A DNA stretch of 64,000 bases from an uncultured bacterium (GTDB taxonomy: Bacteria; Patescibacteriota; JACMRA01): NCBI GenBank assembly GCA_963704645.1, contig OY969926.1, positions 544,001-608,000 of the forward strand. The letters are read 5' to 3'. Below the pieces are notes generated by a model. That model searched no databases and was not told the DNA's origin. It worked only from the letters and a program-made list of their open reading frames with translations. Positions 28,352 to 36,847 of the stretch are shown here, one piece after another. The translations under genes were made by a program, and so were the position numbers. Numbering within the stretch: position 1 is the first letter of the stretch; each line of letters begins with the position of its first letter.

Positions 28352-29080
28352 ATGAATTTAGAAAATTTGGAAAAATCTTTAGGATATACCTTTCAAAATA
28401 AAAAGTTGTTGCTTCAAGCCTTGGTGCATAAAAGTTATTTAAACGACAGATTCCATAATAAAGATATTACAGAGCACAACGAACGTTTAGAGTTTTTAGG
28501 CGACGCCATACTAGAAGTAATTGTAACTGATTATTTGTACAAAAATATTCCAGAACAAGAAGGGGTTTTAACAGCATTAAGAGCGGCATTGGTTAACTAC
28601 AAAACTATGGGTGAAGTTGGGGTGAAGTTAGGTTTAGAAGATTTAATTTTACTTTCTAAAGGTGAGCGGGAAGAGCTTGGAAAGGCCAGACTAAGTATTG
28701 TTGCAGATACCTCTGAGGCTATAATTGGAGCTATGTATCTAGACGGTGGAATGGTCCCTTGCATTAGTTTAATTCAAAAAGAGTTATTGATTTATTTACC
28801 AAATATTATTGCTACTGAAAGTTGGAAAGATGCCAAAACTATAATGCAAGAATACTGCCAGAAACATACTAGAATAACTCCAAGATATAAGTTAATTTCC
28901 AGTGAAGGGAAAGATCATGTAAAACTTTTTACAATTGGAGTTTGGGTTGGAACTGAAAAAATGGGAGAAGGGCAGGGTAAAAGTAAGCAAGATGCTGAAA
29001 CTGAAGCGGCTAAAGAAGCTTTGCTAAACCTAAAAAAGCAATACGAGGTTGAAGAGTTTCAAACAACTGTGGAAATCTAA
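28352..29080 (+). CDS. rnc: ribonuclease III
   Basis: NERLEFLGDAIL, ADTSEAIIGAMYLDGG and a C-terminal dsRBD. Confidence 0.97.
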   Translation: MNLENLEKSLGYTFQNKKLLLQALVHKSYLNDRFHNKDITEHNERLEFLGDAILEVIVTDYLYKNIPEQEGVLTALRAALVNYKTMGEVGVKLGLEDLILLSKGEREELGKARLSIVADTSEAIIGAMYLDGGMVPCISLIQKELLIYLPNIIATESWKDAKTIMQEYCQKHTRITPRYKLISSEGKDHVKLFTIGVWVGTEKMGEGQGKSKQDAETEAAKEALLNLKKQYEVEEFQTTVEI

Positions 29081-29177
29081 AAGTTGTAGAATTTAATACT
29101 GCCTATTGTACGGGAGTATAGTTTTTGCCAGAATGTAGTTTGTAAACTATAATTAAAAAAACAAAAATAAAATAATT

Positions 29178-30902
29178 ATGAATCAAGTTAAACCCGATGA
29201 AGTTTATAAAAGTGTTGTTGGTAGAAAAGATCCAATTGTAAAATTAGATCAAGCTCCAAAAGGCCCTAATTCTGGTCTATTTTTAGATTTAAAAAGAAAC
29301 AAAGTAACAAAATATTTACTGGCTAGTTTGCTTGTGGCATTTAGTTTTGCAGCAATAGGTTTTGGGTTTGCAAATAGTTCCTTAAACCCTGAATTAGCCA
29401 AAGCTACATCGCTGCCTCAACCCTATGCACAAATTACTTCAATTAATGTTGTTGGTTTAAATTATTCAGTAAATTTTACCACAGATGGTTATACAAATGT
29501 ACAAGGTGGCATGCATACTCACTTTTATTTTAATAACGAAGATAGTACCGTAATGAATAAAATGTATACTGGAGCTTCTCCATATATTTTACCAATTGGT
29601 CTTGAAATATTGAATGGTGCGACCGAGTTGTGTGTAGTAGCTAGTAACCCCGATCATTCTATAATTTTAAACTCTGGAAACTGTGTAAGTATAACAGATT
29701 CAATTGTAAGAACCGGGGGCGATGTACTTGCAGCCAATGGAGTTACTAATTTACAAGCAGCCACTACAGAAAGTGGTGTAAATATAACATACAACACAGC
29801 TGTTGCCACTACTCAAACCATTAGTGTTGGTTTAACTGCTTCTACAACTGCCCCTGTAACTATTTCTAACGAAATTAGTCCAACAACAAATCATACTATT
29901 TCCCTAAGTAATTTACTTCCTTGTACCAATTATTACTTTACTTTAACAGTTAATGTAAGCGGACAAAATATTGTGTTGCCTGCACAAGAATTTAATTCTG
30001 GTGGTTGCGAAGGAGACATTAATCCAGAAAGAACCCTTACTGATCAAGTGATAACCACAGCGGCTAAGGTATTGTCAGAATTAGATACAAATTCCAAGGG
30101 TATTATTTTAAATATTCCTGCAGGTACTTTTACTGAAAATAGAATTGTGCAAATTTCCAAACTTGAACAAGCTGTAAACGAAGTAACAAATGGTTTAACC
30201 ACCGCTCCTACCTTGCCAGATGGTTTGAAACCAATTGAAAGCCATGTTTATGAAATTAAAAACTATGTAAATGGTTTACTTGCACCTTCCACAGATTTTA
30301 ATTTACCAATTAACTTCACTATTAATTATAGTCCGTCAGATATTGCAGGTGTAGACCCTGAGAGTTTAACAGTAAAAAGTTGGGATGGCGTGGTTTGGAA
30401 GAATCACGTTTGTACAAACGACCTAGCTTTAGGCCAGTTAACTTGTTCAACAAATCACTTCACTACTTTCGTATTAGCAGGAAGCCCTTCTGCACCAAAC
30501 ACTATTGTTTGTACCCAAACAGATCCTTGTGCCTTTTTTGAATCTAACTTAACTTTTAGTCCATTACAATCGGCTGCTAAAAGATATGGTGCTAGCGGAA
30601 CTGCAAATACAGGTAATTTAACTTTAACAATAAATGATGGTCGTTTAGAAAGCACTTCTTTGTGTACATTCAAATACAAATTCAGAACAGATACCACTTG
30701 GCGTACTTTAGCTACAGACGTTGCTTACAATACTACTTCTGGTTGTTCAGCTACATTGCTTCCTGCAGATCAACTTTTGTTTAACGTAGACTTTGAAATT
30801 ACAGCTAGAACAGACACTACAAACTACTTCTTGATGTATTCAAACTACGATTTTAAAGCAGGATCTATTGGAGTAACAAGTATTGGTGGAACTGGTTTAT
30901 AG
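29178..30902 (+). CDS. surface protein with FN3-like and ZU5/GPS-like beta domains
   Basis: TM near the N-terminus; HTISLSNLLPCTNYYF (FN3-like); W-x4-W-x4-C...CSTNHFTTF. Confidence 0.65.
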   Translation: MNQVKPDEVYKSVVGRKDPIVKLDQAPKGPNSGLFLDLKRNKVTKYLLASLLVAFSFAAIGFGFANSSLNPELAKATSLPQPYAQITSINVVGLNYSVNFTTDGYTNVQGGMHTHFYFNNEDSTVMNKMYTGASPYILPIGLEILNGATELCVVASNPDHSIILNSGNCVSITDSIVRTGGDVLAANGVTNLQAATTESGVNITYNTAVATTQTISVGLTASTTAPVTISNEISPTTNHTISLSNLLPCTNYYFTLTVNVSGQNIVLPAQEFNSGGCEGDINPERTLTDQVITTAAKVLSELDTNSKGIILNIPAGTFTENRIVQISKLEQAVNEVTNGLTTAPTLPDGLKPIESHVYEIKNYVNGLLAPSTDFNLPINFTINYSPSDIAGVDPESLTVKSWDGVVWKNHVCTNDLALGQLTCSTNHFTTFVLAGSPSAPNTIVCTQTDPCAFFESNLTFSPLQSAAKRYGASGTANTGNLTLTINDGRLESTSLCTFKYKFRTDTTWRTLATDVAYNTTSGCSATLLPADQLLFNVDFEITARTDTTNYFLMYSNYDFKAGSIGVTSIGGTGL

Positions 30903-30932
30903 AATATAAAAGAAATATCGATATTGTAATTT

Positions 30933-30953
30933 CCACCCTTCGGGGTGGTTTTT
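30933..30953 (+). terminator. intrinsic terminator
   Basis: CCACCC-TTCG-GGGTGG followed by TTTTT. Confidence 0.85.
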
Positions 30954-31311
30954 ATTAATTTAAATTGGAACAATTCTACAACTATAAAGCAAAAATGTTA
31001 CTCACATTAAACTTCTTTAGAGTTAAATAATTTAGTGCGTTTTAAGTTTTTATAAAATGCTTAAAATAGTGTTTCTAATTTCTCGAAATAATGCTTAACA
31101 AGTTTACGATAATTTTTAATATAAATAGGAAGTTAAAAAACTTCAGTTACCTAGATGGTGGCAAGTTGTACCATTTTGAAAAAATTGTTTCCTTAAAAAT
31201 ATTAAACTGTAACTTAAATTTTTATGGATTTACGCATCCATTAATACAATATTTGTACTACATTTTCTTACTGTTTTTTATTGCAAATATTTTGCATTAA
31301 GCAACCGTAAA

Positions 31312-31328
31312 TCTTGACAATTTCAAGA
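31312..31328. promoter_or_regulatory. inverted repeat overlapping TTGACA
   Basis: TCTTGA-CAATT-TCAAGA upstream of the GlsB/PRC genes. Confidence 0.35.
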
Positions 31329-31390
31329 ATTTATGAAAGCTTGGCTTCATGTAATACCTTTAGTATTGCAATTTAAATTTTTTACAGCAT

Positions 31391-31636
31391 ATGTCATCAC
31401 TTATAGTTTCATTAATCATTGGAGGACTAGCCGGTTGGTTAGCTGGAATAATTAGAAAAGGAAGTGGCTTTGGCCTGCTGACCAACATTGGTGTTGGAAT
31501 TTTAGGAGGGTTTTTAGGAAACATACTTTTTGGCTTCCTAGGAATTCAAGGCGATGGTTTTATTGCCAGTCTTATTATTTCTACCCTTGGTGCTGTGGTC
31601 TTATTAGCAATTCTAAGTTTCTTCCAAAAAAATTAA
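31391..31636 (+). CDS. GlsB/YeaQ/YmgE family stress-response membrane protein
   Basis: IIGGLAGWLA...GFGLLTNIGVGILGGFLG...LGAVVLL. Confidence 0.93.
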   Translation: MSSLIVSLIIGGLAGWLAGIIRKGSGFGLLTNIGVGILGGFLGNILFGFLGIQGDGFIASLIISTLGAVVLLAILSFFQKN

Positions 31637-31686
31637 CTTGTTTCTTGCAATAGATTCCTGCCCAAAAATATTAAATTTTATATACT

Positions 31687-32856
31687 ATGACATCAAATCT
31701 AACAGAAAACCTTGTTAAAGCTACTAACGTAATTGGTTTAAAAGTACTTTCGAAAGAAAATGGTTTGCAGTTCTCAAAAGTTAAAGACATAATATACGAT
31801 CCACAAACTCAGACAGTTGCTTATTTAGTAACTAACGAAGGTGGTTGGTTCTCGGAAGCTAAGGTAATCCCTTTTTCTTCAATAGATATTATTGGTCCTG
31901 ACAGAGTTATGGTGCCAAACGAGTTCGTTGAGGTAAAAGCTTCTATGTCTGGATACGACTTAAACACGCTAATTCAGAACGACGATATAATAAAAAACCT
32001 TAATATTGTTACCGAAAATGGTGAGAAATTAGGTAAAGTGGTAGACTTTTATTTCGATGCTCAAACAGGGGCTGTGAAAGAGTTTGAAGTTTCGCAAGGT
32101 TTACTAAGCAATATTGCTGGCGGCACCAAATCTTTGAGAGTAAAAGCTATTAAACTGGTTGGTATAGACGCAGTTATTGTTGAACCAGAAACTGCAGATA
32201 AATTTGAAGAACAGTCGGAACATCAGGGTGTAAAAGGTGCTGTAATGGGCGCCGGCGCCGTGGTTGTTGATACTGCTGTTGCTGCCAAAGATAAAGTTGT
32301 TGAAACTAAAGATAAGGCAGTTGAAGTTGCAGCCCAAGTTGTAGAAGACGCTAAGCCAAGGTTGGAAGAAATGAAGCAATCTGCCATTGAAACTAAGGAC
32401 AAAGTTGTTGAAGCAGCTACACCTTATGTGGAAAAAGCAAAAACTATGGCTTCAGAAGTTAAAGATAAAATTGTTGAGTCTGGTCACAACACAGCCGAAG
32501 CAGCTAAATCTGGTATGAGAGATGCCAAACGAACAGTAGACCAAAATACTCCAGATTCAAAGGAAGAAATGATGGATACTGTAAAACAAAATATGGAAAA
32601 AATGAAGCAAAACTTACAAGGTGGAGCTGAACAAGCAGGAAGCTTAGCCCAAGAAAAATTTGGACAGGTACAAGACAACATGGAACAATCTAAAATAGAT
32701 AAAGCCATAGGTTTTACCTTGCTTAGAGATGTAATTGACCCTAAAACCAATGAAATAATAGCCATGAAAGGCGACACAATAGACGCGGAAATTATTAACA
32801 GGGCTAAAACATTAGAAATATTACATTTGGTTACTAACGAAAGTTCTTACGCCTAA
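31687..32856 (+). CDS. tandem PRC-barrel protein with LEA-like repeats
   Basis: Two PRC barrels (KVKDIIYD; GEKLGKVVDFYFD) and AKDKVVETKDKA helical repeats. Confidence 0.85.
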   Translation: MTSNLTENLVKATNVIGLKVLSKENGLQFSKVKDIIYDPQTQTVAYLVTNEGGWFSEAKVIPFSSIDIIGPDRVMVPNEFVEVKASMSGYDLNTLIQNDDIIKNLNIVTENGEKLGKVVDFYFDAQTGAVKEFEVSQGLLSNIAGGTKSLRVKAIKLVGIDAVIVEPETADKFEEQSEHQGVKGAVMGAGAVVVDTAVAAKDKVVETKDKAVEVAAQVVEDAKPRLEEMKQSAIETKDKVVEAATPYVEKAKTMASEVKDKIVESGHNTAEAAKSGMRDAKRTVDQNTPDSKEEMMDTVKQNMEKMKQNLQGGAEQAGSLAQEKFGQVQDNMEQSKIDKAIGFTLLRDVIDPKTNEIIAMKGDTIDAEIINRAKTLEILHLVTNESSYA

Positions 32857-32887
32857 ATACTCCATTCCAAAATAAAAACAAATGAGG

Positions 32888-33047
32888 AAGCTCCTTACTC
32901 GATCTTTTTAAGCAAGATCTAAATGAATATTAAACATTCGGCCAAGTCAAAATTCCTACATATGAGTAATAAATTCGTAGAGTTTGACTAGGTTTTTCAC
33001 GGAAATATGTTTCGCAATAAATTAAAGTGATTGAGTAAAAGGAGTTT
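32888..33047 (+). ncRNA. candidate rod-shaped structured RNA (6S-like)
   Basis: Closing stem AAGCUCCUU/AAGGAGUUU plus ACUCGAUC/GAUUGAGU, a central bubble, and an apical stem at 32942-32992; G-U pairs favour the plus strand. Confidence 0.4.
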
Positions 33048-33056
33048 TTTATAAAA

Positions 33057-33908
33057 CTAAATCTCTCTGGCCCATTGTAAACTTCTTTGGTCTACAAAAT
33101 ATCTATTTCGGTTGAAATTGTGATCGTCTTTTAAATAGTGGAATTCAAAATCAATGTTGGTTTTGCCAAGTAAAGTTATAAAATCTAAAACTCTTTCCGG
33201 GAATACCGCTTCATCTTGTGAACCATGAAAAATTAAAAACTTAGAGTTGGGTTTAATCTCGTCCACTCTGTAAATAATTGAGCGTTTTTTCAGCTCTTCT
33301 TGGTTATTTAAATCAAAACAATCTGCTCTACATTCTCTAAGGTCCTGCCTTTTATCTAAACCATCTTTTTCGTCTACACTGCCACATTCAATAATATATT
33401 TACTAACCCAATCAACTTGTGTGCTGGCCAAATAGCACATTGTTCCACCTCGGCTTGCACCTGTCATTATTATTTGGGAATTATCACTTAAATTAAGCTC
33501 TTCTAAAACTGTTTTTAAATTTAAAACATCATCTAAATCGGCACCACCCACTTCGTCTTTTCCTTCACTTCCGTCATTTCCAGAATACTGTGAGCCTATT
33601 ACAAAATAGCCATTTAAAGCCCAGCTTCCCATATGATCAAGAAGATACATGGCATTTAATTGTCCAAACTCTTTGGTTCCACCTCTGTTATATATTACAG
33701 CTTGTGGACGAAGACTTTTTTCTGCTACTGCTTTTGGTGCTACAGCAAAACCCTTAATTTTCTTGTTGTTAGAATAATACCAAACTTCATAAAAATCTAT
33801 TTTGTCTTTCACTTTTTCGTACAATTGAATTGGACGTTTAAGACCAACGAATTTGGTGTTTATTTCTTCTAGTATATTGTATTTTTTGAAGGAGATTAGG
33901 GAGGGCAT
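33057..33908 (-). CDS. S9 family peptidase / alpha-beta hydrolase
   Basis: IYNRGG, GASRGG nucleophile motif, FHGSQDEAV and DDH. Confidence 0.88.
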   Translation of the reverse strand: MPSLISFKKYNILEEINTKFVGLKRPIQLYEKVKDKIDFYEVWYYSNNKKIKGFAVAPKAVAEKSLRPQAVIYNRGGTKEFGQLNAMYLLDHMGSWALNGYFVIGSQYSGNDGSEGKDEVGGADLDDVLNLKTVLEELNLSDNSQIIMTGASRGGTMCYLASTQVDWVSKYIIECGSVDEKDGLDKRQDLRECRADCFDLNNQEELKKRSIIYRVDEIKPNSKFLIFHGSQDEAVFPERVLDFITLLGKTNIDFEFHYLKDDHNFNRNRYFVDQRSLQWAREI

Positions 33909-33959
33909 AAAAGAATTTTAAAGTGAAGGGCTGCCAAATTGCAACCCCTCGAAGATTAT

Positions 33960-34550
33960 CTATACAGTTGGGCGTAACAAGTAAAGTTCAGCCAAAGTTA
34001 GACTGGAAGAAACATCTCCAGTGCAACGACCACAATGCTTACCACAACCATTGCAACCAGCTTGAATTTGAATATTCTGGCAGGCCTTGGAACTTGTATT
34101 GGCAAACATTTGAACGTTTACAGAAGAGCCAAAGAAGGACGGAAAGTGTTCAGCAAAGGTCTGCTTGGTTTCTTCAAACAAAGACTTAAGCAGCAGCTCA
34201 TCTTCTTCTCCACGCGTTCCCAAATAAGGGAAGTGGTCCAGAAAATACCCAAGATGCTTTTCGCAAAGTGCTCTATAAAGAACAGTGTCTTGAATGAGAC
34301 AATGCCAAACATCATCAATTTCTACAGTTGGCACAAAGGTTCGCTGTGGAAACTTGTAGTGCATGTAGAAAAAGAACTTGAATTCTTCAGCATGTCTAGC
34401 AGCTTTGTCTAAAGTCCAGCCTTCTCCTTCTTCAGGGTTCACAAGCTTGAAAATGATAGGGTCAAGATTGATGTTACGAAACGCCAAAGCAATTTCATCA
34501 ATTGTATCAGTTTCAGCAGCAATAATTGGTCTGTCTAGCAGTGTTTGCAT
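33960..34550 (-). CDS. glycine-rich-domain (DUF1399-like) protein with Cys-rich tail
   Basis: PTVEIDDVWHCLIQDT..Y...C....G.FLDHFP; tail CNGCGKHCGRC. Confidence 0.75.
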   Translation of the reverse strand: MQTLLDRPIIAAETDTIDEIALAFRNINLDPIIFKLVNPEEGEGWTLDKAARHAEEFKFFFYMHYKFPQRTFVPTVEIDDVWHCLIQDTVLYRALCEKHLGYFLDHFPYLGTRGEEDELLLKSLFEETKQTFAEHFPSFFGSSVNVQMFANTSSKACQNIQIQAGCNGCGKHCGRCTGDVSSSLTLAELYLLRPTV

Positions 34551-34652
34551 TATTTTTTTACTTGGTAGATGTTTTTGTTTGTATCAGTAATTATTAGTTA
34601 CTGTACACTATACTTTCAGAGGCTTTTATCTTAGTTAGTCGAAGCATTTTAC

Positions 34653-34705
34653 AATTCATTTTTTGGACTGACCAGAGCTGATGAGGGAAAAGTGGTGATT
34701 GGAAA
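34653..34705 (-). repeat. conserved upstream motif, copy A
   Basis: 50/53 identical to 36689-36741. Confidence 0.85.
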
Positions 34706-34830
34706 TAGGGGTTTTTGGGGTGGGCTTTAGAGGGATTTTGTGTGGTTTGCTTGATTTTTATTTCTGAATTGTGCGTTTGAAGATTTTTAAATTTAGTGTT
34801 TATTTTGGAGAAATTAAGTTTATCGGAAAG

Positions 34831-35355
34831 TTAAATATTTTTTTCTAATAAAACTGTATCAATACTAATTTCGTTGTTAATTTTATATTTGCCTAATTCT
34901 TGGTCAACAATTTTAAAACCAAAATGTTCATAAAACCCAATTGCATTTTGGTTCATTTTAGCAACTACAACATTTATTTTCAAGTTCGAATTAACCTCTG
35001 TTATTTTATTTATTAAAGACGTTAAAAGCCTTCCTCCAATACCTTGTTTTACGTTTTCAGTATCTATATATAAAGTTTCAACGCTAAAATTGTTTTGGTC
35101 TTTCTGCTTACCCCAAATGTGACCTAGCACCTTGTCATTTTCAATATACACAAATGAAAGATTGTTTCTTCCTTCATTAATTTTTTTGGTATAAGCTAGT
35201 GCTAATTGCTCCCAATTACGTAAAGACACAGCTAAAATCTCTTCTGTAATTCCCAATTCTTTGTTCTGATAAGTTTTAATAAATGATTTTATAGTAATTT
35301 TGCTTATGGCTTCGGTGTGTTTTAATTGGGTTTGGGTTATGTTTGGTTGAGGCAT
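34831..35355 (-). CDS. GNAT N-acetyltransferase
   Basis: TLYID...KQGIGGRLL and NQNAIGFYEHFGF. Confidence 0.9.
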   Translation of the reverse strand: MPQPNITQTQLKHTEAISKITIKSFIKTYQNKELGITEEILAVSLRNWEQLALAYTKKINEGRNNLSFVYIENDKVLGHIWGKQKDQNNFSVETLYIDTENVKQGIGGRLLTSLINKITEVNSNLKINVVVAKMNQNAIGFYEHFGFKIVDQELGKYKINNEISIDTVLLEKNI

Positions 35356-35370
35356 ATAATATGTAAAAAT

Positions 35371-35394
35371 ATCCCCAAATAAATAAGTGGGGAT
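35371..35394 (-). terminator. hairpin after the ASCH genes
   Basis: ATCCCCA...TGGGGAT with A-run on its left. Confidence 0.5.
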
Positions 35395-35417
35395 AATATT
35401 AAACGGAGTTTTAATAG

Positions 35418-35768
35418 TTAATTCAGCTCAAGTCTGAGTGATAGAACTCCATTCTTTGAAGCCCTTTCTTTAAATGATGGTATATTTTCGTAAATACGAA
35501 CACCTTCTTCAATTGACTTGATACCAGGCAGCATGTTCTCAACTCCTTCTCCTTCCAACATGGAATAAAAAGAACTGTATTTGTTAATAGCAACAATTCT
35601 ACAAGAAACTCTATTGTCAGGGTCATTTTTGGAAAAGAACTCAATAGTTTGACCAGCGGCTAGTTTGGCAAAACCGCCAGAATTGATTCTACCCTCACAA
35701 GTTTTTTTACCAGAACGAATCTGGTCAATGTATTTTGCCTGAAGTGTGTATTCAACAGTATTAGACAT
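35418..35768 (-). CDS. ASCH domain protein
   Basis: IRSGKKTCEGR (GxKxxExR). Confidence 0.9.
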   Translation of the reverse strand: MSNTVEYTLQAKYIDQIRSGKKTCEGRINSGGFAKLAAGQTIEFFSKNDPDNRVSCRIVAINKYSSFYSMLEGEGVENMLPGIKSIEEGVRIYENIPSFKERASKNGVLSLRLELN

Positions 35769-35776
35769 AATTTTTT

Positions 35777-36121
35777 CTAATTTATAACTATAAGTTTAAA
35801 AGCTAGTGCCAGAACACCCAACTGATTTTCATCAAGTTTAGAGTAGAATCGATAGTAGACTTGCTCGCCTTCGTCAAGATTTATGACATTTGGCAGCACT
35901 TTAAAAAGCCCCTCAGATTCAAGCATTGATCTAAATGAGGGGTATAAATTAGTTGATATTAATTCAACCATAACGGAATTGTTAATAAGAACTGTGTCTC
36001 CAACTTTTAGCTTTAGAAATTTCTCCTTAGCTAACCTTCCTTCGACGGTTTTTTGACCAGAACGAATTAGGCTAAAGTATGGCTCTTGAACGTTTATTTC
36101 AAGATTGACAGTTCTTTTCAT
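35777..36121 (-). CDS. ASCH domain protein
   Basis: EPYFSLIRSGQKTVEGR...LKVGD. Confidence 0.92.
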   Translation of the reverse strand: MKRTVNLEINVQEPYFSLIRSGQKTVEGRLAKEKFLKLKVGDTVLINNSVMVELISTNLYPSFRSMLESEGLFKVLPNVINLDEGEQVYYRFYSKLDENQLGVLALAFKLIVIN

Positions 36122-36129
36122 TTGAAGAG

Positions 36130-36624
36130 TTAAATTGTTAGTTTTAGTAGATATTCGCTCACCCCTTGCTGATATTTTTCAGGAAAAGTTGTAACAACCT
36201 TGAAGCCTTTTTTAAGAAAGAATTTGAGAGATTCAGGCTTATCTTCAGAAACTGTAAGAATTAGTACCGAAGATCCTAGCTTGTTAGCAAAGCTTAATAC
36301 TTCGCTCAATAAAGCTGACCCGAAACGTTTGCCTGAATTTTCTTTGGAATTGTGAAGAAAAAGAGTTTTTACTTCTATAGCACTGTTAATTCCATGATTG
36401 ATAAACTCATGCGTTGGATTAATTTTATAAACCAACAAGCCTACAATTTCTTCATTATAAAGCAGGGCTCTACATGTTCTGTCAACACCTCTTGAAATCT
36501 TTTCAATGGCTCTGTTTTGGCAACCATAAAGTGGCGCTAAGACATCTACCATGATTGAAGCTACAGAGGTAAATAAAGGGTGATCATTCGTAATTGTAAC
36601 AAATTGAACAGAATCTAGACTCAT
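36130..36624 (-). CDS. GNAT N-acetyltransferase
   Basis: EVKTLFL...SGKRFGSALL...LTVSE....KFFLKKGF. Confidence 0.85.
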   Translation of the reverse strand: MSLDSVQFVTITNDHPLFTSVASIMVDVLAPLYGCQNRAIEKISRGVDRTCRALLYNEEIVGLLVYKINPTHEFINHGINSAIEVKTLFLHNSKENSGKRFGSALLSEVLSFANKLGSSVLILTVSEDKPESLKFFLKKGFKVVTTFPEKYQQGVSEYLLKLTI

Positions 36625-36688
36625 TTTTTTAATATAACTCGTCTAAATATTAAAGGCACTTTCAGCTGAGAAAGTAAAAGATAATTTT

Positions 36689-36741
36689 AATTCATTTTTT
36701 GGACTGGCCAGGGCTGGTGAGGGAAAAGTGGTGATTGGAAA
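36689..36741 (-). repeat. conserved upstream motif, copy B
   Basis: AATTCATTTTTTGGACTGGCCAGGGCTGGTGAGGGAAAAGTGGTGATTGGAAA. Confidence 0.85.
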
Positions 36742-36847
36742 AGGGAGTTTTAGGGGGGGGTGATTTGTTTGATTTTTGAGTGATTTGCCTGCAATAATGT
36801 TTCCAAGATATCTAAATTTAAAGTTCGAAAATAGATTAATTTAGATA

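Noticed and set aside
31091-31300. 69 aa ORF in an AT-rich intergenic region
   Set aside because: Its composition (F/L/I/N/K-rich) is that expected of random AT-rich DNA.
34653-36741. Repeat pair differing only by A-to-G changes, suggesting a DGR template/variable pair
   Set aside because: Both copies are non-coding, there are only three mismatches, and no reverse transcriptase is in the window.
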